A DNA stretch of 64,000 nucleotides from Chiloscyllium plagiosum (lineage: Eukaryota), in contig NC_057718.1 in the NCBI RefSeq assembly GCF_004010195.1, positions 97,090,079 through 97,154,078 on the forward strand. The letters run 5' to 3'. The translations under genes and the position numbers were made by a program. This document shows, piece after piece, positions 1 to 11,245 of the stretch. Under the pieces are notes generated by a model. The model did no database searches and was not told where the DNA came from. It was given only the letters and a program-made list of their open reading frames with translations. The first letter of the stretch is position 1; each line of letters opens with the position of its first letter.

Positions 1-215
1 GAAGAGAAACCCACCCAAACCCATTTCTTTACCCCTGACTAACACGCATGGCCTATTCACCTAAGCTCCACATCTTTGGACTGTGGGAGGAGCACCCGGA
101 GGAAACCCATGCAGACACCGGGAGAATGTGCAAGCTCCTCACAGACAGGCAGGAATCGAACCCAGGACCCTGGCACTGTGAGGCAGCCGTGCTAACCACT
201 GAGCTACCGTGCCAC
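1..215 (-). mobile_element. HE1-like V-SINE (tRNA-derived), partial
   Basis: Reverse complement has the tRNA head ggtagctcagtggttagcac..., a B-box ggttcgattcc and the V-domain gggtttcctccgggtgctc. Confidence 0.85.
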
Positions 216-289
216 CCATTAAGCCACCGAGCCGCCCATTGAAGTGTGTCAGTGCAGTAAAATTAGAGAGAGCTTTGCTCTGGTTCAGG

Positions 290-635
290 GGAAGTCATGG
301 CCTTGTGGAGTCATCGCTAGATTATTAATCCAGAGAGCCAGGTAATATTCTGGGGACTTGGGTTCGAATTTGACCCTGGCGGATGGTGAAATTTCAATGA
401 AATAAAAGTCTGGAATAAAGAGTCAAATGATGACCATGAAATTATTGGAAAAACCCATTGGGTTCACTCACGTCCTTTATGGAAGGAAATTGCTATCCTT
501 ACCTGGTCTGGCCTACATGTAACTCCAGGCCCACAGCAATGTGGTTGACTCTCTACTGCCCCCTGGGTAATTAGGGATGGGCAATAAATGCTGACCCAGC
601 CAGTGATGCTCATATCCCACGAACGAATAAAACAA
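290..635 (+). mobile_element. Second tRNA-derived SINE family (MetaSINE-like central domain)
   Basis: B-box ggttcgaat, core ggttcact...ggaaggaaat...ccttacctggtctggcctacatgt and tail gggcaataaatgctg...gaataaaa. Related copies lie near 22085, 38740 and 60260. The family name is recalled. Confidence 0.7.
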
Positions 636-1064
636 AATCTGGTATACTGTGTAAGCAATTTGGCTTCATTTGATCTTGACAATGAATATGAAGAATTTTC
701 CAACACTGGCCTTCCTCGGTTTAAAGGGAATATTACAAGTGGCAATATCATGTTTCCAGATTTGGAAACAACTTGCCATTGTCTTCAGTAAAAGAATAGG
801 AACACGTGAGGTATTTCTGTCAATCCACAAATTACGTCACTGGCAAACAGTGTTACTCTAAAATCTATTGTACCTTCTGTGCTGTTGCTGCATTTGAATG
901 ATTGTTGCCATGGTATTAATTAGTATACAGTGTAATTGCTCTTGGTGTTTATTATCTGCCCTATATAATAGCAGTTAATCAGCTGTAAACATGATTATGG
1001 TTTTAATCCAAATCACAGTAACCAGGTTAGATGCCCAGAGAGGACAGTTCCTGTTTTCGTAACA

Positions 1065-1220
1065 ATCCAAAGATGTACAGGTCGGGTGAATTGGCCATGC
1101 TAAATTGCACATAATGTTAGGGGAATTAGTCTGGCGCAAATATAGGGTATGGGTGGGTTACTGTTCGGAGGGGCAGTGTGGGCTTATTGGGCCGAGACCT
1201 GTTTCCGTACTGTAGAGCAT
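1065..1220 (+). mobile_element. V-SINE 3' half
   Basis: tccaaagatgtacaggtcgggtgaattggccatgctaaattg... matches other copies in the window. Confidence 0.75.
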
Positions 1221-1779
1221 CTAAGCAGGATTATGAAGTAGCAGTTGTATTTTGTCAACCTTGGGTTCACCATTGTTTAACTGGGTGTTGGGCAGTAAAG
1301 TAAGCACTCCTGATTGTAGGGAATAGTTGTGAATCCTGGAAGTATGTGTTATCGTTCCAATTTGGTAAGAGTCACCAGACTAATGCACCAAATTACTCCA
1401 GAATATTAGTTTCCTGAGCCTGAGGTCCGTCCTTTACACCAATGTTTCTAGATTGTCCTGAAGAGTTTGTCCTCAGACAGAAATCATGGAGGAAAGGCAG
1501 TGAGTTAACTCTTCCTTCAGAGAGTTGGACAATCTCGACTGAACCAGATCATCTTCAGTTCTGACGATGCCTAAAATCATACATTCCCCCACATAAATTT
1601 GGCAAAATGAATCATGTGATCGATTCTTTCTCACTGCTAAATCTTTCCCGCTCCTGAATTCCCATTTCTGGATTTTCAAGACTGTCTTATTAAGAGAGAC
1701 TGTATTGGTCAGGACTATATTCACTGGAGTATGGAGAAAAAGACGGGAGAATCTCGGAGAAGCCTATAACGCATTTATT

Positions 1780-2115
1780 GAATCCCTACAATGTGGAAAC
1801 AGGCCCTCCAGCCCAACAAATCCGTACTAACCCTCCGAAGAGCAATCCATCCAGACTCATTCCCCTATTTCTCCACATTTACCCTAAACTAGGACACCTA
1901 ACTTACACATCCCTGAACACTGGGCAACTTAGCATGGCCAATTCATCTAACCTGCACATCTTTGGACTGTGGGAGGAAACCGGAGCACCCGGAGGAAACC
2001 CACACAGACACTGGGAGAATGTGCCAACTCCACACAGACAGTTGCCTGAGGCTGGAATCGAATCCGGGTCTCTGGTGCTGAGGCAGTAGTGCTAACCACT
2101 GTGCCACCGTGCCCC
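1780..2115 (-). mobile_element. HE1-like V-SINE, near full length
   Basis: Head (ggcacggtggcacagtggttagcac on -), V-domain and CR1-like tail are all present. Confidence 0.9.
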
Positions 2116-2490
2116 CTCTAACAGGAACTGGATGGGGTAAATGGAGGAAGCATATTCTCAATGACTGGGGAGACACAGGACACAGGAGTGTAAAGGGGGT
2201 CTAAGTCTGTGAGAGGATGCATGTGGGAGTGTGTGTGTCTGGGAGACTGGGGAGAACTAGGGAGACACAGCGTAAGGATACGGAGTAGACTGTTTTGGCC
2301 TGAGGAGAAATTCCTTCACCCAGTGACTGATGGGCCTGGAGAACTCTCTGCCCTGGAAAGCGGGCAAGGCCAAAACAATAAATGTTTTCAGGAAAGATTT
2401 AAGATTTGGAGATGCTGGTGTTGCACTGGGATGTACAAAGTTAAAAAATCACACAACACCAGGTTATAATCCAACAGGTTTAATTGGAAG

Positions 2491-2525
2491 CACTAGCTTT
2501 CGGAGCGCCGCTCCTTCATCAGGTG
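2491..2525 (-). ncRNA. Minimal type-I hammerhead ribozyme motif (PLE-associated)
   Basis: On -: CAC-CTGATGA-a-GGAGC ggc GCTCC-GAAA-GC-TA-GTG, i.e. core, stem II, palindromic stem III (AGCT) and stem I CAC/GTG. Confidence 0.7.
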
Positions 2526-2911
2526 GTTGTGGAGGACACAATTGTAAAGCACAGAATTTATAGCAGAAGTTTAGTGTGATGTAACTAAAATTATACATTG
2601 AAAAAATACCTTGATTGTTAAGTCTCTCATCTGTTAGAATGACCATGTTAGTTTCATTTCTTTCATATGTAAATCACAAAACATTTTTTAAAAGTTACAT
2701 TCTCAGGTTAACTGTAACAATTTGTGTCAGCCCAGGTAATGTGTTGAAGGTATACGCCCCCTGTATGCTGCTGTATGTATCATAATGTTCAGACTAATTC
2801 TAAACTAAAAAGTGAGTTAACAGAGTCTTACATGAATTCATGCAGTTTTTGAGCAAAGTACAATGTAACTCTGCAAGTACAAATTCACCCCGTGTGTGTG
2901 AGTGTAGAGGG

Positions 2912-2955
<44 letters not shown>

Positions 2956-3239
2956 TGCAATGGTGGTCACCTGTAGTGTGACATGAACCCAAGGTCTCGG
3001 TTGAGGCCCTCCCTGTGGATATGAAACTTAGCTATCAGCCTCTGCTCGGCCACTTTTCGCTGCTGCCTGTCCTGAAGTCCGCCTTGGAGGATGGTCACCC
3101 AAAGGTCCGAGGTAGAATGTCCTGGACCACTTTTGGCCTGAGGAGAAATTCCTTCACCCAGTGACTGATGGGCCTGGAGAACTCTCTGCCCTGGAAAGCG
3201 GGCAAGGCCAAAACAATAAATGTTTTCAGGAAAGATTTA

Positions 3240-4385
3240 AGATTTGGAGATGCCAGTGTTGGACTGGGATGTACAAAGTTAAAACTCACACAACACCAGG
3301 TTATAATCCAACAGGTTTAATTGGAAGCACTAGCTTTCGGAGCGCCGCTCCTTCATCAGGTGGGTGTGGAGTACACAATTGTTACACACAGAATTTATAG
3401 CAGAAGTTTAGTGTGATGTAACTAAAATTATACATTGAAAAAAATACCTTGATTGTTAAGTCTCTCATCTGTTAGAATGACCATGTTAGTTTCATTTCGT
3501 TCATATGTAAATCACAAAACTTTTTTTAAAAGTTACATTCTCAGGTTAACTGTAACAATTTGTGTCAGCCCAGGTAATGTGTTGAAGGTATACGCCCCCC
3601 TGTATGCTGCTGTCTGTATCATAATGTTCAGACTGATTCTAATCTAAAAAGTGAGTTAACAGAGTCTTACATGAATTCATGCAGTTTTTGAGCAAAGTAC
3701 AATGTAACTCTGCAAGTACAAATTCACCCCGCATGTGTGAGTGTAGAGGGGTCTAAGTCTGTGAAGAGGGTGCATGTGTAAGTGGGGGAGTGTGTGTATC
3801 TGTAGGTGTGTGTGGGGTGGGAGGTTGTGAGTGTCTGTGAGAGAGAGTGTATATATATGTGTGTGTGAGTGTAAGCGGGGTTTAAGTCTGAGAGGATGCA
3901 TGTGGGAGTGTGTGTGCCTGGAGGAGTGTGTGTGTGTCTGTGTACATGTCTGTGTGTAGGAGTGTCTCTGTGTATGCATATGTGTGTGTATATAGTGCAA
4001 TGGTCACCTGTAGTGTGACATGAACCCAAGGTCTCGGTTGAGGCCCTCCCTGTGGATATGAAACTTAGCTATCAGCCTCTGCTCAGCCACTTTTCGCTGC
4101 TGCCTGTCCCGAAGTCCCCTTTGGAGGATGGTCACCCAAAGGTCCGAGGTAGAATGTCCTGGACCACTGAAGTGTTCCCCAACTGAGAGGGAACCCTCCT
4201 GTCTGTTGATTGTTGTGTGGTGCCCTTTCATCCATTGCCGTGGCCTCTGCTCGGTTTCACCAATGTACCATGCCTCAGGGCATCCTTGCCTGCAGCGTAT
4301 GAGATAGACAACGTTGGCTGAGTCACATGAGTACCTGCCACATACATGGTGGGAGGTGTAATGGTGGTATCCATGTCCATACTCT
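3240..4385 (-). mobile_element. Penelope-like element 3' part with GIY-YIG endonuclease remnant; second partial copy at 2400-3130
   Basis: The - strand frame 4350->4004 reads CDSANVVYLIRCRQGCPEAWYIGETEQRPRQWMKGHH...VGEHFSGPGHS...EQRLIAKF...GLNRD (VVY...YIG motif), followed by a 3' UTR with a hammerhead motif. Confidence 0.88.
3328..3362 (-). ncRNA. Minimal type-I hammerhead ribozyme motif, identical to 2491-2525
   Basis: Same 35-nt sequence. Confidence 0.7.
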
Positions 4386-6649
4386 TCATAGTTCTTAGGG
4401 TGAAAGGTTGTGGGGAGGAAGTGGGAACAGGGGACCGAAATGGATGATCAGCAGAGCAGCCTCCAAGGGCCAAATGATTTACTCCTGCTCCTATTTTTGA
4501 TGTTTCTATGTATAGATGAGCACTCCGTTTATGACTGTGTGCAGAGAGGATGTTCTATGTTTGTACCAAACTCATGACTGGAACATTCAGGCATTTGTTA
4601 TGGTGACGTGGCAGGTGCTGCAGGAAGACAGTATTGAGAGCTCAGGGCTTCATCGTGTTATCTATTGTGTAAGGAAAGGAATGAAACACCACTTGGTTTC
4701 TTAACTGGCGTATCCAAAACGTCAAACATACCTTTAAACCTCCAATTTGTATAAAGATGTGAGAAAATATTGGTAAGTTGTACCTAGGCACACCGGAAAA
4801 AATTCCTTCCCTCAGCGGGTGTGGAATTCTCAACTACACAAAGCTGTGGGCGCCATATTTTGGAGGGGGGGTGTGGATTCTGTTCGGAGGGCCTGTGCAG
4901 ATTTGATGGGCTAAATGGCCTTTTTCCATACTGGAGGGAATCTGTGACCTTGTGAAATTACAGTGTTGAGGGAATCAAATTTGTGTTTAGCGGAGCTTCG
5001 AGACGGCTGAGCAAGCCAGCATCCTCGATGTCAAAACAACCATAGAAATATAGTGGTGCAGGAGGTGGTCATTCAGCCCATCTCGCCTGTACCAGTTGCT
5101 GATATGAAACACAATAAATCAGCAAACCTGTGAAGAGGGCCTTTATTTGATGCATGCCCAGCTTAGGAAGACCTGACCTCATGTCTGTGAAAGAAATGTC
5201 AGGACTTGTCATCTGGAGAAAAAAAAATAGTAGTTTTTTGTGAACAACCTGAGCTGGATCACCTTTTGCTCGTCCATATTTGTCCAAGTGGCTGTTCTTG
5301 TTTGGCTGGACATGTGCCCCAGCATTAGACTGAGTGCCCTGCACCTTTTATCCTCTCTCCTCAGTTGAGAACAGGAGCAACGTTTGTCATTCAGATAACC
5401 CCTCGGTGTTGAAATCGGAACGGGAAACTGATTGGCACCACTGCAATTCTCCACCCACTTCCTTCTTCTCACTCAGACTGGGAGACTTCTCTGCTGCCAA
5501 TCTTATTTATTACCTCCACTTTATATGTTTTAACCTCGTCCTGTATTCCATCAACATTCCTCCTTTACCTTTGAACCGAGCTTGGGAGTGTGTTTATTTT
5601 TGTGGAACTGTCATTAGAGAGCATTGCAGGCTTGTGCCAACTCATTTCAGGTTGCTACACAGATGGGCACTGAGGTGAGAATGGGCTGGAGATTGATAAT
5701 TGACTTCAGTATCCAAGTGCACAGAAGGGAAAATTATAGGGAACAGGAGTCCTAAGGCTGCACTGGGTAGCCCTGTGTTGCTCTTATCTTTATCAATGTC
5801 AAAAGCAAACATGAGGTAGAAGTTGCAACAAGAGGTACTTTGATCTGCTTTGCCTATTGTTAACACAGCCATAAATCTCTGCCGGCAAAAGCTTTTGGTT
5901 AGGCTATCGTCCCAGAAGTTTAAATTTCCTTCGGAAGTTTTTGTTGGGGTGCGGGGGGGGTGGAGGTGATGGAGGAGTGGAAATACAACAGTTGAATCTC
6001 CTGTAAACCTGCCCCTCGTTCCACCACCTTCCCCATCACTAATGTTTCCAACAGCTCTACATTCTCTTGAAACCATTAGACTTTTAACGGACCTACTGCA
6101 ACTCTCCCATGCAAGTGTTTGGTCAAGGCTTTTGTTCACTGATTTGTCCGTGATAATGAACGGCTAATTCTCTCTTACCTGGTGAGCTGTTGTGTTTATT
6201 GCTGTCCAACACTGTTACCTCCCGTATCGGCTCGGATCTGTGTTGGAGTCAGAGGCTTGGGGGTGTTGTGAATCTCCTGCCTGAATAGTTAGAGTGGAAG
6301 GGTTAGAGGAAATAAGATCTGCACCCAACTCCCGGCTCAGATTGAACTGACCTCTCTAACTCAGCACTGATCCGACACCTCTTTGAGCCTCCAAACCCAC
6401 AAGTCCCTCGACACGAGTCACAATCCCACCCTCCCAACACAATAGATCCCTCCCCAGCAGAGCCGACACCGCCGTCTCTCCCCAGACTCAACCACTAACT
6501 ACTAACCAGCCCATTTCACTGGACTGAATCCCAGAACTGATCTTCATCGACTCTGAAGGACCAATCTGAGGTAGCTTCTCAGCTCTCCCTCACCCCTTCT
6601 CCGTTCTACCATAAGGTCTCACCCACTTCCCTGGCACTCTACTTGATTA

Positions 6650-6790
6650 CTCACCTGGCACCCTAATCTTTACCCACCTGGCACCCTAATCCTTATCCAC
6701 CTGGCACCCTAACCCGTACCCACTTGATATCCTTAACCTTTATGAACTAGTACCCTAACCCTTATCCACCTGGTGTCTTAACCCTATTGA
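6650..6790. repeat. Degenerate ~22-bp tandem repeat
   Basis: About 6 copies of ccacctggcaccctaa(t/c)c(t/c)tta. Confidence 0.8.
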
Positions 6791-7119
6791 CTCGGTGGCA
6801 TGTGTTGACAAGTGTACAATCTGGACCATTCCATAATTAAGTTGATGAATGATCTATTGTCATTTGTAGTTTACAGTGAACAATGAGCAGAATATAGTGA
6901 AAAGCTTCAACTGTTGCCATAATCCAGCAGCAATTTGAACAGTTAAAGAATAAAAAGGCATAACTGAAAGAGAGTCATGAGTCCTGTGCCCTGCACCACC
7001 TCCCCTCACTGCTGTCTGCACTAGATCCACCAATGCAAGAGTCACCACTCTTCAGGCACCATCACTGTGCCACAGGGTTCACCTCATCACCATCGCCAAT
7101 AATGGGTCCCTGCTCAACC

Positions 7120-7670
7120 TGCACTCACCCGGCAACCAAGAATCCCTGCTCCAGGCCTACAGCAGGCCAAACTCCCCGCTCTGAGCTAAATGCAGGCAGT
7201 CATCCCCAGCCCTGGGCTTCGTGCAAACAGGAGTCCCTGCTACAGGCCGACTGCGGGTAGGAATCCCTGGCTCTGCTGCCAGGCCAGGACTTTCCACTCC
7301 GGGCCTAGCGCAGGCCAGAGTCCCTCGCTTCAGGCCTAGTGGAGGCAGGAGTTCCCCCGCTCCGGGCCTAGTGCAGGCAGAAGTCCCCCACGCCGGGCTG
7401 AGCACAGGCTGGAGTCCTTGGCTCAGGGCATAGGGCAGGCTGGAGTGCCCCACTCCGTGCCTAGCACAGGTGGGAGTCCCCTACTTAGGGCCTAGCGCAG
7501 GCGGGAGTCTCCCGCTTCAGGCTTAGTGCAGGTGGGAGTCCCCCCCTCCGGGCCTAGCACAGGCTGGAGTCCCTGGCTCTGGGCCTAAGGCAGGCTGGAG
7601 TCCCCGGCTCAGGACCTAGCACAGACGGGAGTCCCCTGCTCTGGGCCTATTGCGGGCAGGAGTCCCTGGC
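7120..7670. repeat. GC-rich ~30-31 bp minisatellite
   Basis: Roughly 17 degenerate copies of gggcctagcgcaggc(a/t)ggagtcccc(c)gctc. Confidence 0.9.
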
Positions 7671-8436
7671 TGTGCAGCCAGACCAGGCTGCCGCCTCGCC
7701 CGCAGTCCCGCTCCAAACGTCCTCTGAGAAGTCTCCTTGCTGGCATCGCCATCTTGAAAAACCCACCACCGCTCCCTCCAATTGCTGGAGGATCTTCACT
7801 GCCCCTGAACACTGGGAAGACATCCTTACCGCTGCTCCCTCGGGTCACAATGAGGACCTGCCATTCCGCGTATGGCCCCTTCTCGCCGCTGTGCTAGTGC
7901 CACTGACCAACTCACCGCAAAAGGCTGCAAAGAAAAGAAAATGAGCAGAAAAAAAAGGAAAAAAAGAACGAGAACAGAGGGGAACGGATGAGCCTCGGGC
8001 AAGAGCCTGCACGTGGCACTGCTCCTCTGCCGCCATCTTGGAACCTGGACACAGAACACTAATCACATGGAGAGAGGCCTTAAGAGTAGCGGAGTGCATG
8101 GAATCACAAAATTCACAACAGTGCTATGCTGTAAGGGATTGATCAGAATCCAGTTCTTAATGGTACACCCAGAATGAAACACAGTCTGATTGCCAGCACT
8201 CTCAGCTTTGCTTTTATTTATTCATTCATGAGATGTGGGTAGTGCTGGCTAGGACCTGTAATGATCACCTCTCCCTCATTGCCCTTGAGAAGGTGTGGGT
8301 GAGCTGACCTCTTGAACCACTGCAGTGGAGGAGCAAGCTGGAGGGGCCGAAAGGCCTGCTGCTGTTCCTGCGATCCTGTTCTGGAGTTAGGTTTGTGACC
8401 CAGCAGCACTGAAGGAGCAATAATATATTTGGAAGT

Positions 8437-9411
8437 TGTTAAAACACGGCAGTGAACCCTTCTGCTCATTAAACCAAACACGCAGAAAAGCTTACCTCGC
8501 CTCGTAATCTGTTAAAGTATGAGAGACAGAGAACTCCCCAAATTCCACTGTTTAAAGAAAAATATCAATTTTATTCTTAAACTCTAAAAGAAAACATTAA
8601 ACAACAACAACCTAAAACTCTACCTTTCTCTTAAAAGTTTATTATCTATCTCCTAACTGTGTATCAATGTACTGATCCAATAAAAGCCCCTGTTAAAATT
8701 ATGTCAACTTAATTTTCAAAACCAGACAGCGGCTGTCATCCTCTGGCTGTAGATCTCCCTGGGTCGTCTTCGATTTTTTGTTGCAAAGATGTTTCGTATG
8801 AGAAAGGTACCTTTGATAGAAAGTGTTTGAGTGACAGTCTCTCTCTAGGTTAGTGTGGTGCTGGAAAAGCACAGCAGGTCAGGCAGCATCTGACAAGCAG
8901 GAAAATTGACATTTCAGGCAGGAGCCCTGATTCCTGATGAAGGGCTTTTGTCTGAAACGTTGATTTTCCTGCTCCTCGGATGCTGCCTGACCTGCTGTGA
9001 TTTTCCAGCACCACTCTAATTTTGACTCTAATCTCAAGCATCTGCAGTCCTCACTTTCGCCTGGTCTCTCTCTCTCTCGAGATGGCAGTTTGCTCTCTCT
9101 CTCTCTCTCTCTCAAGCTAACTCTCAAAATGCTGGCTTATTTATACCCCAAACATTGGATTGTCTCAGTAGTTTGATGTTGTCAAAACAGTAAAATCCAA
9201 ATTTGATTGGGTTTTAATATCCTGGCTCATAATTTAAACTGATTAGTTAAATTCAAACTGTTGTGAACATAGCAGCCAAATGTTACTTATTTTCAGTTTT
9301 CCAGTACCCTCTGAGACTGTTAGTCACATGACAGGTGCTTGCAAACTCTCACTGCCAAAGCAACCCTCACTCTCTCTTAAAGGTACAGGAAACGCCTTCA
9401 ATTTTATAACA
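8437..9411 (-). mobile_element. Solo LTR (Gypsy-like), interrupted by a PLE fold-back insert
   Basis: Termini TGTTA...TAACA with a 4-bp TSD aagt (8433-36, 9412-15). On -, a TATA-like tataaataa lies near 9140 and AATAAA near 8570. It splits an older LINE 3' end. Confidence 0.75.
8851..9062. mobile_element. Fold-back PLE terminal insert with hammerhead-like motif (8930-8964)
   Basis: Inverted arms gtggtgctggaaaagcacagcaggtcaggcagcatc / gatgctgcctgacctgctgtgattttccagcaccac; centre ctgatgaagggcttttgtctgaaacgtt. Confidence 0.75.
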
Positions 9412-9834
9412 AAGTGGCTTGAAGGGGAATCTGTCAGATGTAATGCTCCCCTATACCTGCTGCCCTTGTCCTTCTGGATGGTAGTGGCTGTGCATTTGCA
9501 AGGTGCTATCAAAGGAGATTTGGCTAGTTTTTGAAGAACATTTTTCTTTACGGAGGAAACTAAAACTTCTCTTGCATATCATTTTATAAGAACCTCTCTG
9601 CATCTTGTAAATGTTTGGAACTGGGCAAAGCTGTAATCTATTTCTTTACTTTCTTGGCTAAATGTGAAGCCCTATAATTTAACTGGCTGAAGAAGTATTT
9701 AAAATTAGAAATCCAGTTTTTATGTCTGAAGAAGACTGTACACGTTACAAAAACAAAATCTGCAATAATTAAGCAAGGACCAAGGGAGGGATGGAGGAAA
9801 CATGTTCATCCGTGTCTCCATTTTATAAAGAACA

Positions 9835-10252
9835 GTCATAGATTTGCACAGCACAGAAACAGACCCTTCGATCTAACTCATCTACACTGACCAAGTATCC
9901 TAAACTAAACTAGTCACATTTGCCAGCATTTGGCCCATATCCCTCCAAACAATTCCTATTCATGTACCTAGGGCTTATGAAGAAGGGCTTATGCCCGAAA
10001 CGTCGATTCTCCTGTTCCCTGGATGCTGCCTGACCTGCTGCGCTTCTCCAGCAACACATTTTCAGCGCTATTCATGTACCTATCCAGATGTCTTTTAAAT
10101 GTTGTCATTGGACCAGCCTCCATCACTTCCTCTGGCAGCTCATTCCATACACGCACCACTCTCTGTGTGAAAAAGGTTGCCCCTTAGGTCCCTTTTAAAT
10201 CTTTCCCCTCTCACCTTCAACCTATGCCTTCTAGTTTTCGACCCCCCCCCCC
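9835..10252 (-). mobile_element. CR1 LINE 3' end, containing a PLE-end insert (9971-10067) with 15-bp TSD
   Basis: Matches the CR1 3' end at 41625-42030. TSD ctattcatgtaccta at 9956-70 and 10068-82. Confidence 0.85.
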
Positions 10253-11004
10253 NNNNNNNNNNNNNNNNNNNNNNNNNNNNNNNNNNNNNNNNNNNNNNNN
10301 NNNNNNNNNNNNNNNNNNNNNNNNNNNNNNNNNNNNNNNNNNNNNNNNNNNNNNNNNNNNNNNNNNNNNNNNNNNNNNNNNNNNNNNNNNNNNNNNNNNN
10401 NNNNNNNNNNNNNNNNNNNNNNNNNNNNNNNNNNNNNNNNNNNNNNNNNNNNNNNNNNNNNNNNNNNNNNNNNNNNNNNNNNNNNNNNNNNNNNNNNNNN
10501 NNNNNNNNNNNNNNNNNNNNNNNNNNNNNNNNNNNNNNNNNNNNNNNNNNNNNNNNNNNNNNNNNNNNNNNNNNNNNNNNNNNNNNNNNNNNNNNNNNNN
10601 NNNNNNNNNNNNNNNNNNNNNNNNNNNNNNNNNNNNNNNNNNNNNNNNNNNNNNNNNNNNNNNNNNNNNNNNNNNNNNNNNNNNNNNNNNNNNNNNNNNN
10701 NNNNNNNNNNNNNNNNNNNNNNNNNNNNNNNNNNNNNNNNNNNNNNNNNNNNNNNNNNNNNNNNNNNNNNNNNNNNNNNNNNNNNNNNNNNNNNNNNNNN
10801 NNNNNNNNNNNNNNNNNNNNNNNNNNNNNNNNNNNNNNNNNNNNNNNNNNNNNNNNNNNNNNNNNNNNNNNNNNNNNNNNNNNNNNNNNNNNNNNNNNNN
10901 NNNNNNNNNNNNNNNNNNNNNNNNNNNNNNNNNNNNNNNNNNNNNNNNNNNNNNNNNNNNNNNNNNNNNNNNNNNNNNNNNNNNNNNNNNNNNNNNNNNN
11001 NNNN

Positions 11005-11245
11005 GGCCTATCACCTTCACCTTAACCTCCTTCCACCTATCGCATTCCCAATGCCCCTCCCCCAAGTCCCTCCTCCCTACCTTTTATCTCAGCCCGCTTG
11101 GCTCACCTTCTTCATTCCTGAAGAAGGGCTTATGCCCGAAATGTCGATTCTCCTGCTCCTTGGATGCTGCCTCACCTGCTGCCCTTTTCCAGCAACATTT
11201 TTCAACTCTGATCTCCAGCATCTGCAGTCCTCACTTTCTCCTAGT
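11005..11245 (+). mobile_element. PLE 3' end with hammerhead-like motif (11114-11148)
   Basis: attcctgaagaagggcttatgcccgaaatgtcgat, followed by the family terminus tctgcagtcctcactttctcct. Confidence 0.75.

Larger units (their letters stand above)
2293..4167. repeat. Tandem duplication; units 2293-3130 and 3131-4167
   Basis: Both units start ttttggcctgaggagaaattcc and end agaatgtcctggaccac. Unit 1 lacks ~200 bp of the GT-rich middle. Confidence 0.95.

Noticed and set aside
5642..6139. 165-aa minus-strand ORF (likewise 48556-49062 and 27611-28093)
   Set aside because: No recognisable domain or splice context; 27611-28093 is the antisense of a CR1 fragment
6264..6810. Possible solo LTR (TGTT...GACA)
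   Set aside because: No matching TSD at the proposed ends
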